Shown in pieces: positions 8,522-17,622 of a stretch of 64,000 nt of DNA. Source of the DNA: Candidatus Thorarchaeota archaeon (GTDB lineage Archaea > Asgardarchaeota > Thorarchaeia > Thorarchaeales > Thorarchaeaceae). The stretch's first letter is position 1; every line of letters starts with the position of its first letter. Position numbers and translations under genes: made by a program. Where the stretch lies: the NCBI GenBank assembly GCA_048884965.1, contig JBHLQH010000006.1:99515-163514 (forward strand). Direction: 5' to 3'. Under the pieces are notes generated by a model that saw nothing but the letters and a program-made list of their open reading frames with translations, ran no database searches and had not been told where the DNA came from.

Positions 8522-10603
8522 ATGGATATAGGAACAATTCTATTAATCGTCACAGTCATTATTGGACTGGTTGATGTCTTTGTATTACTTGTGGGCCCTC
8601 GACTGAGGGACTATGAAAGCATATCATATGGAATGAGCATCGTTGGATGGCTTACTTCCGTAGGCGCAGTATTGTGGATGCTAGTACTTCTCTATACGAA
8701 CCAGTTTCAATATGAGTATGTATGGCAGGTCACATCCAGTGATTCTGATTTCTTCTTGAAGCTCTCTGGGCTTTGGGCTGGGCAATCAGGTTCACTAATA
8801 TTCTGGACATTCTTGTCTTTCACGTTGTACTTCTTCTACCGAGTTGTTACGAATGGATATGAAGACGATGTGATTGTCTATAGGGCATCAATCCTTATGG
8901 TCATTCAAGCTGTGCTTATCGCGATAAACACCATCTTATCTGATCCATTCAGATTGATACCAGGCAATCCTCCTACAGAAGGTCTTGGACTGAATCCACT
9001 TCTACGTACCTTTTGGAACGTCATTCATCCTCCTTTGGTCTTTATTGCTTATGCGCTAATACTCGTGCCTTTTGCAATCAAGCTAGCTGGATACACTGTG
9101 CGTTCTGAAGATAGGAATACGGATCAAATTCCAGTGCTCCAATCAATTTCGAGTTACCTGACATTGCTGTCTTGGATCTTTCTATCAATCGGGATTGTCA
9201 TTGGTGGATACTGGGCTTACATAGTACTTGGTTGGGGTGGATACTGGGCGTGGGATCCTGTTGAAACCACTTCTCTTATTCCTTGGCTCCTCCTGACCGC
9301 CTATTACCATGCAAAACCGATTCTTCGAAAGAATGATGTCCTTCGGGATTCATTCCTTGTGTTTGCGTACATCTGTGTTCTATTTGCTACATGGGTCACT
9401 CGGAGCGGTGTGCTGAGCTCGGTACACGGATTTGAAATGACTATAGTCAGTTGGACTATGCTTGCAACAGTAGCTGGCAACTTCATTATCGCCTCTCTGA
9501 TCACGGTGTGGTCAGGCTATCGCGATATGGATGATGAAGAGGAACAACAGAATGAGGATGAAGGATTCTCGTTGAGACGTCTTGTCTATCCTTCAAATAT
9601 GCGGAATCTCTCAATTCAAATAGCACTGGTAGGTATTCTTGTAATCACTGCTGTGTCTGTGATTGGAGTCCTATTGCCTGCGATATTGAATCTACAAATC
9701 ATATTATCGGGAGGTGTCTTAGATGAGATGCTCTCGATTGGACCTGAATTCTTTTGGCTTGGATTCTACGGAGGTTCCTTCTTCCTTTTGACATCCGCAT
9801 TCTACTGCATGGATACCTCTCTGGTTACAACAAAAATCAGAAACATCCTTCTTCTTCTCTTGATTGCAGTCGGAGGAATCCTCGGAGTGGCGTCACTTCA
9901 ATTAGGTCTTGCATTACCAACCAGCTTCTGGATTCCTAATCTCTTAGTACCTCTAGCTCTTGGTGCAGTCGCCTATATCATTGTAGTATTTGCTCGAACG
10001 ATGGCAGGAAAGGAGAAAGGCGTTTTCACTATGCGAAAGATGGGTCGTGTGATGTTGCACCTTGGAATGGTCATGCTAGTACTTGGTGTTCTCATGAGTG
10101 AGAATGTTGTTTATGAATCCAATTATGGATTCATGGAGGATGACATGGCTCAAGTTGCTGATGGCATCTGGGTTCAAGTATCTGAGATCAATATTCTATA
10201 CTGGAATGGGCCGACGGATTTTGAGATTCGTGTAACTGTATCCGTGATAGAGGGGAATGCCTTAGTGGGTATTGGGATAACCTCGATCAAGGGTTATCCG
10301 CAATGGGGATCTGTAGCGCATAATGTATATCTGCATTCGGGAATCCTTCGTGATGTATTCATTGCTGTGACAGGATTCTCTCAAGTGCTTCCTGGACAAT
10401 ATACTGTATCACTACACATCAAGGTACTACCTATCGTATCTTTCGTCTGGGGAGGTTCTTTCTTCATGGTCGCAGCGATGCTTCCCATGGTAGGCATAGA
10501 GTTCTCTGGACTTAGGCGAGCCATGAAAGGAAAGGCACAAGATCTCTATGGCGATGATGAGCAGGTAGAGAATGATGAGATTGTAGACGAACCAGTTAAT
10601 TAA
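8522..10603 (+). CDS. ccmF: Cytochrome c synthetase (heme lyase) CcmF
   Basis: Motifs LWAGQSGSL, GLGLNPLL, IHPP, WWD motif WGGYWAWDPVET, TRSGVLSSVHGF and HLG. Confidence 0.97.
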   Translation: MDIGTILLIVTVIIGLVDVFVLLVGPRLRDYESISYGMSIVGWLTSVGAVLWMLVLLYTNQFQYEYVWQVTSSDSDFFLKLSGLWAGQSGSLIFWTFLSFTLYFFYRVVTNGYEDDVIVYRASILMVIQAVLIAINTILSDPFRLIPGNPPTEGLGLNPLLRTFWNVIHPPLVFIAYALILVPFAIKLAGYTVRSEDRNTDQIPVLQSISSYLTLLSWIFLSIGIVIGGYWAYIVLGWGGYWAWDPVETTSLIPWLLLTAYYHAKPILRKNDVLRDSFLVFAYICVLFATWVTRSGVLSSVHGFEMTIVSWTMLATVAGNFIIASLITVWSGYRDMDDEEEQQNEDEGFSLRRLVYPSNMRNLSIQIALVGILVITAVSVIGVLLPAILNLQIILSGGVLDEMLSIGPEFFWLGFYGGSFFLLTSAFYCMDTSLVTTKIRNILLLLLIAVGGILGVASLQLGLALPTSFWIPNLLVPLALGAVAYIIVVFARTMAGKEKGVFTMRKMGRVMLHLGMVMLVLGVLMSENVVYESNYGFMEDDMAQVADGIWVQVSEINILYWNGPTDFEIRVTVSVIEGNALVGIGITSIKGYPQWGSVAHNVYLHSGILRDVFIAVTGFSQVLPGQYTVSLHIKVLPIVSFVWGGSFFMVAAMLPMVGIEFSGLRRAMKGKAQDLYGDDEQVENDEIVDEPVN

Positions 10604-10612
10604 TCGTAAAAA

Positions 10613-10650
10613 GGGATGATGTCGAAATTAGACATTATCCCCCCTTTTTT
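10613..10650 (+). terminator. Stem-loop plus T-run after ccmF
   Basis: GGGATGATGTC-gaaatta-GACATTATCCC followed by T6 and preceded by an A-run. Confidence 0.65.
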
Positions 10651-10714
10651 GTCCATTTGTGAAAATTACTTACGATTCTTTATTTTATCCCCTATTTTTG
10701 GTTACGCGCTGTAC

Positions 10715-10743
10715 GCAAACCCAACATTCAAGTGTGGGTTTGC
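10715..10743. promoter_or_regulatory. 9-bp inverted repeat upstream of the flavoprotein gene
   Basis: GCAAACCCA-N11-TGGGTTTGC. Confidence 0.4.
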
Positions 10744-10779
10744 TTAATTTTTTTTCAGCTAGAATCGAGGCTGAACTGA

Positions 10780-11403
10780 ATGGTTGACATCCTAGGCATC
10801 TCTGGAAGTCCTCGCGCTGGAGGAAATACAACAATTCTCGTACAAAGAGCTCTTGACTCTGCGCAAGAAGCAGGAGCTAAGGTGAAGCTGGTCGAGCTGG
10901 GTGACAAGAGAATTGAGGTGTGTGATCACATTGGAAAATGCTATGAGATTGGAGAATGTATCATCGAGGATGACTTGAATAACATCGCATTGGCAATGTC
11001 AAAGGCGGATGGTATCGTATTTGGAAGTCCTGCCTACACCGCATCTGTACCAGGACTTATGAAGAACCTTCTAGATCGTACTGGAAGATTCGTCAATCTC
11101 AGAGGAAAAGTTGGAGCTCCTCTTGTCGTTGGACGACGGTCTGGGATGACCATGGTTGTTCTTGAGCTCATGTTCTTTATGTATGTAAAAGAGATGATTA
11201 TTGCCGGAACGCCTAACTGGCCTGTTGGCTTCTCATTACACCCTGGTGATGTGCTTGGTGATACAGAAGCCATGAAAGCTGCAGAATATGCTGGTGCGCG
11301 AATGACCGAGCTTGCCATGAAATTGAAAGAGAATCCTGTATCTTGGAAGCATGATTTGCCACATGGTGAATACAGACCTGGATTTGGCGATGATTGGAGA
11401 TAG
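10780..11403 (+). CDS. Flavodoxin-family iron-sulfur flavoprotein (Isf / NADPH-dependent FMN reductase-like)
   Basis: Motifs GISGSPRAGGNT, ADGIVFGSPAY and MKNLLDR, plus degenerate Cys cluster CDHIGKCYEIGEC. Confidence 0.88.
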   Translation: MVDILGISGSPRAGGNTTILVQRALDSAQEAGAKVKLVELGDKRIEVCDHIGKCYEIGECIIEDDLNNIALAMSKADGIVFGSPAYTASVPGLMKNLLDRTGRFVNLRGKVGAPLVVGRRSGMTMVVLELMFFMYVKEMIIAGTPNWPVGFSLHPGDVLGDTEAMKAAEYAGARMTELAMKLKENPVSWKHDLPHGEYRPGFGDDWR

Positions 11404-11452
11404 CTGAAAAAAGTAGATTGGGTCTGGTCTTAGGACCATGACCCTTATGATT

Positions 11453-11854
11453 CTAAGTTGTTGTAGTTGAGTTTGCTTCATACTTGCTTGGACATTGAGC
11501 AAGTATCTCATCTGCAATAATGAGACTTGAAGATTGCAGTTCTCCGATGGCGACCAATTCCTGATCCTCTTGAAGATTCGGTACTTCCCCTGTGACCAAT
11601 ACAGTGATTGTATATTGTTCACCATACATCTGAAGCGTCACATTGGATGATGTGATCGTCAACGAGCCTGATAGGTATTTTCCTTTGACCTGAATTCGCT
11701 GACTCATGTAAGCATCAGGATTCTGTACTACAGAATCAACACTCAGGTATGGATCAACGAATAGATCCATCATGCTGAAAGCTAAGAAACCTACAGAAAC
11801 GATGACAATTACAGTGATGACCATCGCTCTAGTCTTTGGCTTCATTAAGCTCAC
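11453..11854 (-). CDS. ccmE: Heme chaperone CcmE (CxxxY type)
   Basis: N-terminal TM, OB-fold-like core and C-terminal AQCPSKYE. Confidence 0.95.
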   Translation of the reverse strand: MSLMKPKTRAMVITVIVIVSVGFLAFSMMDLFVDPYLSVDSVVQNPDAYMSQRIQVKGKYLSGSLTITSSNVTLQMYGEQYTITVLVTGEVPNLQEDQELVAIGELQSSSLIIADEILAQCPSKYEANSTTTT

Positions 11855-11988
11855 TCCTGCTCCTGCGTATTAACAAGTCGTCGTACAGCATTCTCTACCT
11901 TCATCATCTTCATCATTAGATAGAAGAGAAAAATGAGAATACATCCCCAAAGTATGAGTGCGACAGTGAATAGTTCTGGTTGTTGCAT
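11851..11988 (-). CDS. ccmD: CcmD-like small membrane protein (45 aa, absent from the ORF track)
   Basis: Hand translation MQQPELFTVALILWGCILIFLFYLMMKMMKVENAVRRLVNTQEQE*. One TM plus charged tail, lies exactly between ccmC and ccmE, and its TGA overlaps the ccmE GTG. Confidence 0.8.
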   Translation of the reverse strand: MQQPELFTVALILWGCILIFLFYLMMKMMKVENAVRRLVNTQEQE

Positions 11989-11989
11989 T

Positions 11990-12661
11990 TTACCAACTCC
12001 TAGTCATTCGATATTCCATAAGCTTCTCTGCAGTAGAATCTACCCTATAGGTCAGATCAAGCAATACAAAGTAGACAAGTATGATTGCCACCATAGCTAC
12101 CATCAATGTTATTCCATGCTCGAATCCCATTTGCAGTCCTCCGGGAGTGATCACGATTGGATGCAATGTATTCCAGATATGGATAGACAGATAGCTAAGT
12201 ACTACTGCTGGGAATGCCACTATACTAAATATAGACCCATATTGCGCTCGCACCTCGCGGTCATTCACAGAGGCTCGATAGACAAGCAGACATGCATATG
12301 CAATCCAAAGGATTAGTGTAGTTGTCTCTCGCGGATCCCAATTCCATGGAACACCCCAGGTGACTTCAGCCCACTGCATTCCACTTAGCAAAGTGATGGT
12401 CGTGAAAAGCAATCCCAACTTGATTGATGCCCCGCCAAGCACATCATATCTGATATCTTGTTTCCATAGGTACATGACACCGCAAAATAGAGTTATTCCA
12501 AAGGCCATGTAGGCGGTCAAAGCGGGTGCAACATGCTGGAAGAAAATCCTGATAGATTCACCAAGCGTTGCCTCGGGAGGTGCATAGATCCAAGTCATAT
12601 AGATGTACAGCACACCGATTGCTGCTGTGATGATGTACAGGATTATTCGAAGTAGTTTCAC
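11990..12661 (-). CDS. ccmC: Heme exporter/handling protein CcmC
   Basis: RIFFQHV, WWD motif WGVPWNWDPRET and TLHP, with six TM segments. Confidence 0.96.
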   Translation of the reverse strand: MKLLRIILYIITAAIGVLYIYMTWIYAPPEATLGESIRIFFQHVAPALTAYMAFGITLFCGVMYLWKQDIRYDVLGGASIKLGLLFTTITLLSGMQWAEVTWGVPWNWDPRETTTLILWIAYACLLVYRASVNDREVRAQYGSIFSIVAFPAVVLSYLSIHIWNTLHPIVITPGGLQMGFEHGITLMVAMVAIILVYFVLLDLTYRVDSTAEKLMEYRMTRSW

Positions 12662-12702
12662 AAAGTCACTTCCCTTTGAATGTCCAAGTTGGATTAGCTA
12701 CA

Positions 12703-12718
12703 AATATGAAGCTTTCGC
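12703..12718 (-). promoter_or_regulatory. Putative internal BRE/TATA promoter for ccmCDE
   Basis: Minus strand reads GCGAAAGCTTCATATT about 40 nt upstream of ccmC. The same GCGAAAGCTT element precedes the tfb TATA box at 61657-61672. Confidence 0.45.
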
Positions 12719-12730
12719 TCAAATATCATT

Positions 12731-13405
12731 TCATGATGTGAGCGCGTAATGAAAGATAGCCGCCGATATGGTTACCATTGCAAAGAGATGAACGGCCAAG
12801 AGTTGCAATAGGTAACTAAGTGCGATGATTCCCGGTCCCATAACTAATCCTCTTGTCAATTCTACAAGTAAAATTAGAGCAGAGGTTGCAGTTGGAAAAT
12901 AGACCAAGGGGAATATGGTCGCCTTGGACTCAGATGGCATGGTAAGCGCTGAAGCCATTGAGCCCACTGCAGCCAGATCAAGAGTACCAATGATGAAAGT
13001 AGCAAAGAATAGGGGGTCTGTGATATTGAATGAGAATCCGAACAGAACCATCATCATGGGGATAAGGAAAACCTCAACGGCACCCATGATGAAGAATCCA
13101 TAGATGACCTTTCCTAGATACACTGACCAAGCAGGAATTGGAGCAATTGATATGCCTCTCAAGGTTCCTGTTTCCACCTCTGATAGAAAGACTGGAGCGA
13201 AACCAAACATGCCTGTGAGAAATATGATGACCCAGACCATCGCGCTACCTATCTCAGGATCAACATCGCCTCCCATTCCAAAGGCGAGAGCAAGGACTGC
13301 TATGAGTGCGAAGAGGAACATGGCAAATATCTCGAATGGTTTTCTGAATTGCGTGAGAATGTCTTTCCTTGCAATGGTAAATGCCGCTCCTAATGCTGAT
13401 GTCAT
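12731..13405 (-). CDS. ccmB: Heme exporter permease CcmB
   Basis: IARKDIL, FLSEVETGTL and VYLGK motifs, six TMs, between ccmA and ccmC. Confidence 0.92.
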   Translation of the reverse strand: MTSALGAAFTIARKDILTQFRKPFEIFAMFLFALIAVLALAFGMGGDVDPEIGSAMVWVIIFLTGMFGFAPVFLSEVETGTLRGISIAPIPAWSVYLGKVIYGFFIMGAVEVFLIPMMMVLFGFSFNITDPLFFATFIIGTLDLAAVGSMASALTMPSESKATIFPLVYFPTATSALILLVELTRGLVMGPGIIALSYLLQLLAVHLFAMVTISAAIFHYALTS

Positions 13406-13414
13406 TTCTTCACC

Positions 13415-14095
13415 TCACAGTTTCCCGTCGAATTCAGAGATATCTCCCTGCCCCACAATCTCACCTTTTCGTAAGGTGATAAAGGAGTCACTAATCTTCG
13501 TCCCAAGTGCGATATTGTGAGTAGTAAGAATCGCGGTCTTATGAGATCGAGCTTGACCAAGGTATCCCGAAAAAATCTCAGTTGACTCTATGTCGAGACC
13601 TGCATATGGTTCATCCAATAGTAGTAGATCTGGATTATGTAAGACGGTCCTGATTATATCAAATCTCTTTCTCAATCCAGTGGACAGGTTCTTCGTTGGC
13701 TCATCCAACCAACTTCTTACTCCAAATTGTGACGACAATTCCTCTGCCCTTTGCTCTATACTAATAGATTCCATTCCATAGAGTTTTCCGAAGAAATGCA
13801 AGTTCTCTCTTCCTGAGAGTTCCGGGTAGAGAAGAGGTTTGTCCCCAATGAGACCTAATCTACTTCGAATACTAATGGGATCATCCTCCGGATCGTGACC
13901 AAAGATTTTGATCATTCCTCCGTGAGGTCTGAGGAGGGTCGCGATGATACGCATGAGCGTGGTCTTTCCAGCACCGTTTGCTCCAAAAAGAGCGAGTATC
14001 CCTCCTTCTTTGATATCAAATGTGATCTTCTTAAGGGCAGTGCGGTAACCATACCGTCTGGTAAGGTCTTTCGCCTCAACGATTTTTACGCTCAT
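13415..14095 (-). CDS. ccmA: Heme exporter ABC ATPase CcmA
   Basis: Walker A GANGAGKTT, LSTG signature, Walker B LLLLDEP and H-loop TTHN, adjacent to ccmB. Confidence 0.9.
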   Translation of the reverse strand: MSVKIVEAKDLTRRYGYRTALKKITFDIKEGGILALFGANGAGKTTLMRIIATLLRPHGGMIKIFGHDPEDDPISIRSRLGLIGDKPLLYPELSGRENLHFFGKLYGMESISIEQRAEELSSQFGVRSWLDEPTKNLSTGLRKRFDIIRTVLHNPDLLLLDEPYAGLDIESTEIFSGYLGQARSHKTAILTTHNIALGTKISDSFITLRKGEIVGQGDISEFDGKL

Positions 14096-14176
14096 TATAT
14101 CACCTTGAGTTCAAAATGATTTGGCAATCAGGTTTTCTTTTTAGTGTGACGGGTGGCCCATTTTGGGCCACATACA

Positions 14177-15907
14177 CTAGTGGAATATCTTTCTTCCGAG
14201 CCTTAAGAAAGGCCTTCCCATCGTTAGCATGAATGTAATGGGAACATAGTTTATTACTTCTAAGGCTGCCACACCGATTACAAGTCCAAGACCAAATCCA
14301 ATGATAGCTCCTGCAAGATCTGTGACTGCAAGCCAACCAAGTCCATACGCTCCAAGGATGCCACTGAACCAAAGTCCTGCAAGCCAAAGCACAATTGGCA
14401 CAGCTATACCTGCCACTAGCATGACAAGATAGTTGAACCTCATAGAGAGCTGCAACGGACCTGGGAATACCTTGTTGGGATTCATGACCATCTTTGGATC
14501 CGTCTTCTTCTTCAGACGAGCCATTCCAGCATAGTCTGTCTTACCATAGAAGTTCCTTGAGTGTGCGACATTCCACATTCCTATGGAGTACGCTCTTCCT
14601 TTGTCCTTTAGTCCCAGTTCGATGAAGTCAAGAGACCTGTACCATCCCATCAAGAATGATATCTTCTTTCTCTCGTCATCCAAGAACCAAGCTAGGACAG
14701 CGACTTCTCCTTGATCGGTAACAGCACCTTCCAGTGCATACTGCTCACCCTTGAAGTGCTTATCCACTCGTTCAATGAAGGATTGCATATTCTTCAAAGG
14801 CACGTATACCTCTGAAGGAGCTAGGCTTGGTCCCAAACGTTTTATCCGCATAGGATAGAACCTTTCTGACCACTCATGTTGAGCGGCTTCCTGAGATTCA
14901 ATCTGACCGAAGTTATCCTTGATGATTTTTCTAAAGATAATCTCTTCAGATTCAAGTTCTTGTGGTGGGCCTTCGAAAGCACACAAGAAGACCCAAGGAT
15001 ATGTGGAGTGTGTAGCCATATCGACATCAGTCAGCATATGATTGAAGCCTTCAGTGATGAAATGCAAATAGAATGGATGCGTTTCATCCATCAGATCCTG
15101 CATCGCCCATATCATCTGCTCTTTGGTTCGAAATGATGCAACGAATGGTTTGATTTCGTAGAGGGGCATTACTTTTAGGACCACCTTCGTGATGACCCCC
15201 AAAGTTCCGTTACTATCAACGAAGAATGAAGTAAGATCTAGATTCTTTTCGCCAATCTCACTAAGTGCCCAAACGTACTCATCAGCATCAGGGAAATACC
15301 TGTAATCCTGCTTGACATATTCTTCGATGAATTCATCAGGTGGATTACTTGTCCGAATAATCCTTCCATCCGGTAGAACTACTTCCAAGTCAACAACTTG
15401 GTCTCTCACTCCACCGTATTTAGTGCTTCCAATTCCAGTTCCTCCTGCGGCTACCCATCCTCCAACTGTGCTCGATGGAGCACTGGAAGGATAGGCTTTC
15501 ACAGTGAGTCCTTGATCTTCTAAGTCTTCTAGGAGCTTTCCCCAGATGATGCCTGCTCCAACCTCGATAGTCATGTTGTCCATGTCAATGTTGTAAATCT
15601 CGTTCATTCTGGTCATTTCAATAGCTACACCAGCTTTGGTTGGGAGCGCACCACCATATCCGCTCGTTCCATGTCCTCGCGGGATTACAGGTATCTTGTT
15701 TTTCAGACAATATTTGAGCAAGTTCGATACAATCTCTGAACTCATTGGCTGTGCAACTGCATCAACCTTTGTCTTCAGGATATCATTAACTAGGCCAGGA
15801 AGGGCTCCAACATCATGTGAGTAGAGCTTTCTCATATACTCCTCTGAAGAGAAGAAATCCTCTCCTACTATATCTGCTAGTTCTTGGAGTTGTTTCTGTC
15901 GTAACAT
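14177..15907 (-). CDS. FAD-binding oxidoreductase (VAO/PCMH, GlcD/Dld-like) with C-terminal membrane hairpin, paralog 1
   Basis: PRGHGTSGYGGA, YPSSAPSSTVGGW, GTLGVIT and DPKMVMNPNK motifs, plus two C-terminal TMs. ATG 15907 is preferred because the GTG at 15916 lies within the SD. Confidence 0.88.
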   Translation of the reverse strand: MLRQKQLQELADIVGEDFFSSEEYMRKLYSHDVGALPGLVNDILKTKVDAVAQPMSSEIVSNLLKYCLKNKIPVIPRGHGTSGYGGALPTKAGVAIEMTRMNEIYNIDMDNMTIEVGAGIIWGKLLEDLEDQGLTVKAYPSSAPSSTVGGWVAAGGTGIGSTKYGGVRDQVVDLEVVLPDGRIIRTSNPPDEFIEEYVKQDYRYFPDADEYVWALSEIGEKNLDLTSFFVDSNGTLGVITKVVLKVMPLYEIKPFVASFRTKEQMIWAMQDLMDETHPFYLHFITEGFNHMLTDVDMATHSTYPWVFLCAFEGPPQELESEEIIFRKIIKDNFGQIESQEAAQHEWSERFYPMRIKRLGPSLAPSEVYVPLKNMQSFIERVDKHFKGEQYALEGAVTDQGEVAVLAWFLDDERKKISFLMGWYRSLDFIELGLKDKGRAYSIGMWNVAHSRNFYGKTDYAGMARLKKKTDPKMVMNPNKVFPGPLQLSMRFNYLVMLVAGIAVPIVLWLAGLWFSGILGAYGLGWLAVTDLAGAIIGFGLGLVIGVAALEVINYVPITFMLTMGRPFLRLGRKIFH

Positions 15908-15916
15908 CCTTCTCAC

Positions 15917-17101
15917 CTATCCTAACCTTAGTGCCTCTGCGACGATCTGAGTGAGGTCTTTGAACTCGATCTCTGATTTGCTTTGTTCAATCCCATCCAT
16001 GAATGACATCATGCATGATGGGCATTCACTAACAAGAGCCGAGGCTCCAGTCTTTTCTGCAGCTTTAATTCTACGGGCTGAAACTCGAACTGACATCAAT
16101 GGATTCGTACCCTTGAGGAGTCCTCCACCGCCGCAGCAATCAGCCTTGTTCCTGGTATGCTTCATCTCTCGCAATTCAAGTCCGGGAATGGCATTTAGTA
16201 TCTCACGTGATTCATCGTAGATATCTTGATGCCGTCCAAGCTCGCAAGGGTCATGCCATGTGACGACATGTTGGTAATCCTGGGTGAACTTCAGCTTTCC
16301 TTCTCGAAGCATCCTGGCAAGGAATTGAGAGAATGGAAGGAACTCAATGCCCTTGGTAGATTCTTCTCCAAGGAGATGAGGATACTCCTCATTGAATGCT
16401 CGGTGACATCCCGGACAGTTGAAGATGACCGTCTTGACACCTAGCTCTCTCAATTTGTCAAGGTGATGCTGAGCAAGTTCCTTGGCCTTGGCCCATTCAC
16501 CACCAACAAAGTATGGATTTCCACAACAGTACTCATCTTCTCCGAGTATTGTGTAATCGATTCCTAGATGTTCCATTATCTTTGCTGTATTTTCCCCTAT
16601 TGGAGCAAGTGTACCTTTGAAGGAGATATTGCAGCCTGCGAAATAGGCAACTTCGGCTTTCTGCCCAATCTTATCTTCGACTAAATCGTCAACCATGTCT
16701 GTCCAGAGAGTTCGATCCTCTTGGTCAAGGTCCATGATGTTCTTACTACCTTGAATTGAGTTGTCAAGGAATTTGACGATCTCAGGCCAGTGGCCCACTT
16801 CATTGATCTCCTGTCTTATTTTCTGCCAGAAAGTAAGTAGAGGTATATTGGTCTGGCATATCTCTTGACAGGCACCGCATAAGGTACATTTGAAGATTCT
16901 ATCTGCAAAGTCCTCTGGAATAGGTTCATTTTTCAATATGAGTTCCCGAAGCTGATAGAGCTTGCCTCGAGGGGACTGTGAATCCCATAGCGTATCATTA
17001 TACGCTGGGCAAACGAATGTACAGAACCCACATCTTGCGCATACAAGCGGCTCTACATCAAGAGCTGCCTTCCGTAGTTTTTCGAATGTCTTGGTTCCCA
17101 T
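15917..17101 (-). CDS. (Fe-S)-binding protein with 2x[4Fe-4S] and two CCG domains (GlcF/HdrD-like), paralog 1
   Basis: CARCGFCTFVCP, CTLCGACQEIC, YFAGC, CCGNP, CPGC, HDPCELGR, CCGGGG and CPSC. Confidence 0.92.
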   Translation of the reverse strand: MGTKTFEKLRKAALDVEPLVCARCGFCTFVCPAYNDTLWDSQSPRGKLYQLRELILKNEPIPEDFADRIFKCTLCGACQEICQTNIPLLTFWQKIRQEINEVGHWPEIVKFLDNSIQGSKNIMDLDQEDRTLWTDMVDDLVEDKIGQKAEVAYFAGCNISFKGTLAPIGENTAKIMEHLGIDYTILGEDEYCCGNPYFVGGEWAKAKELAQHHLDKLRELGVKTVIFNCPGCHRAFNEEYPHLLGEESTKGIEFLPFSQFLARMLREGKLKFTQDYQHVVTWHDPCELGRHQDIYDESREILNAIPGLELREMKHTRNKADCCGGGGLLKGTNPLMSVRVSARRIKAAEKTGASALVSECPSCMMSFMDGIEQSKSEIEFKDLTQIVAEALRLG

Positions 17102-17114
17102 TGTAATCCTCCTC

Positions 17115-17612
17115 TTATGGCCATGGAAGTCCTAACCAATCAAGTATTGGCTCCAAGATTGATGTATTGTAAACTGCTATACCACCCATTGCACCCATCA
17201 GGATCATGAGTGCGCCACCGACTACAACTAGAATTCCGTAGATGAGGAACCCTGATGTAGTATCCCAGACCTTATCACCTAGTTTTGCTCGTACGATGAC
17301 TAGAAAAACATAGATTTGAGTAGTGATGGCTGAAAAGAGGATCTTGAATCTCATGTAGGGGTCGAGAACTAGTGCTTCTACTGGCCAATCAAGAAAGCCT
17401 GTGAACATCGCTGCTACCAGTCCAAGCAAACCAATGATATTTCCCCAGAAGATAAAGACATCAAACTCATGAAAGATTCTTGACATCCTTGTCCCAGGGG
17501 TCTTGATGGCCTCTCTGAATACAAGTCTAAATAATAGATTGAAAAGACCTAGCGCTGCACAAGCTGCTAGAATTCCTGTGTGGAAGTGAACGAAAACCGG
17601 ATGTAATGCCAT
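17115..17612 (-). CDS. DUF2231-like 4-TM membrane protein (putative b-type heme protein)
   Basis: N-terminal LHPVFVHF, AMFTG and G..GG.AVY motifs, with four hydrophobic segments. Confidence 0.72.
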   Translation of the reverse strand: MALHPVFVHFHTGILAACAALGLFNLLFRLVFREAIKTPGTRMSRIFHEFDVFIFWGNIIGLLGLVAAMFTGFLDWPVEALVLDPYMRFKILFSAITTQIYVFLVIVRAKLGDKVWDTTSGFLIYGILVVVGGALMILMGAMGGIAVYNTSILEPILDWLGLPWP

Positions 17613-17622
17613 TTCTTGTCAC

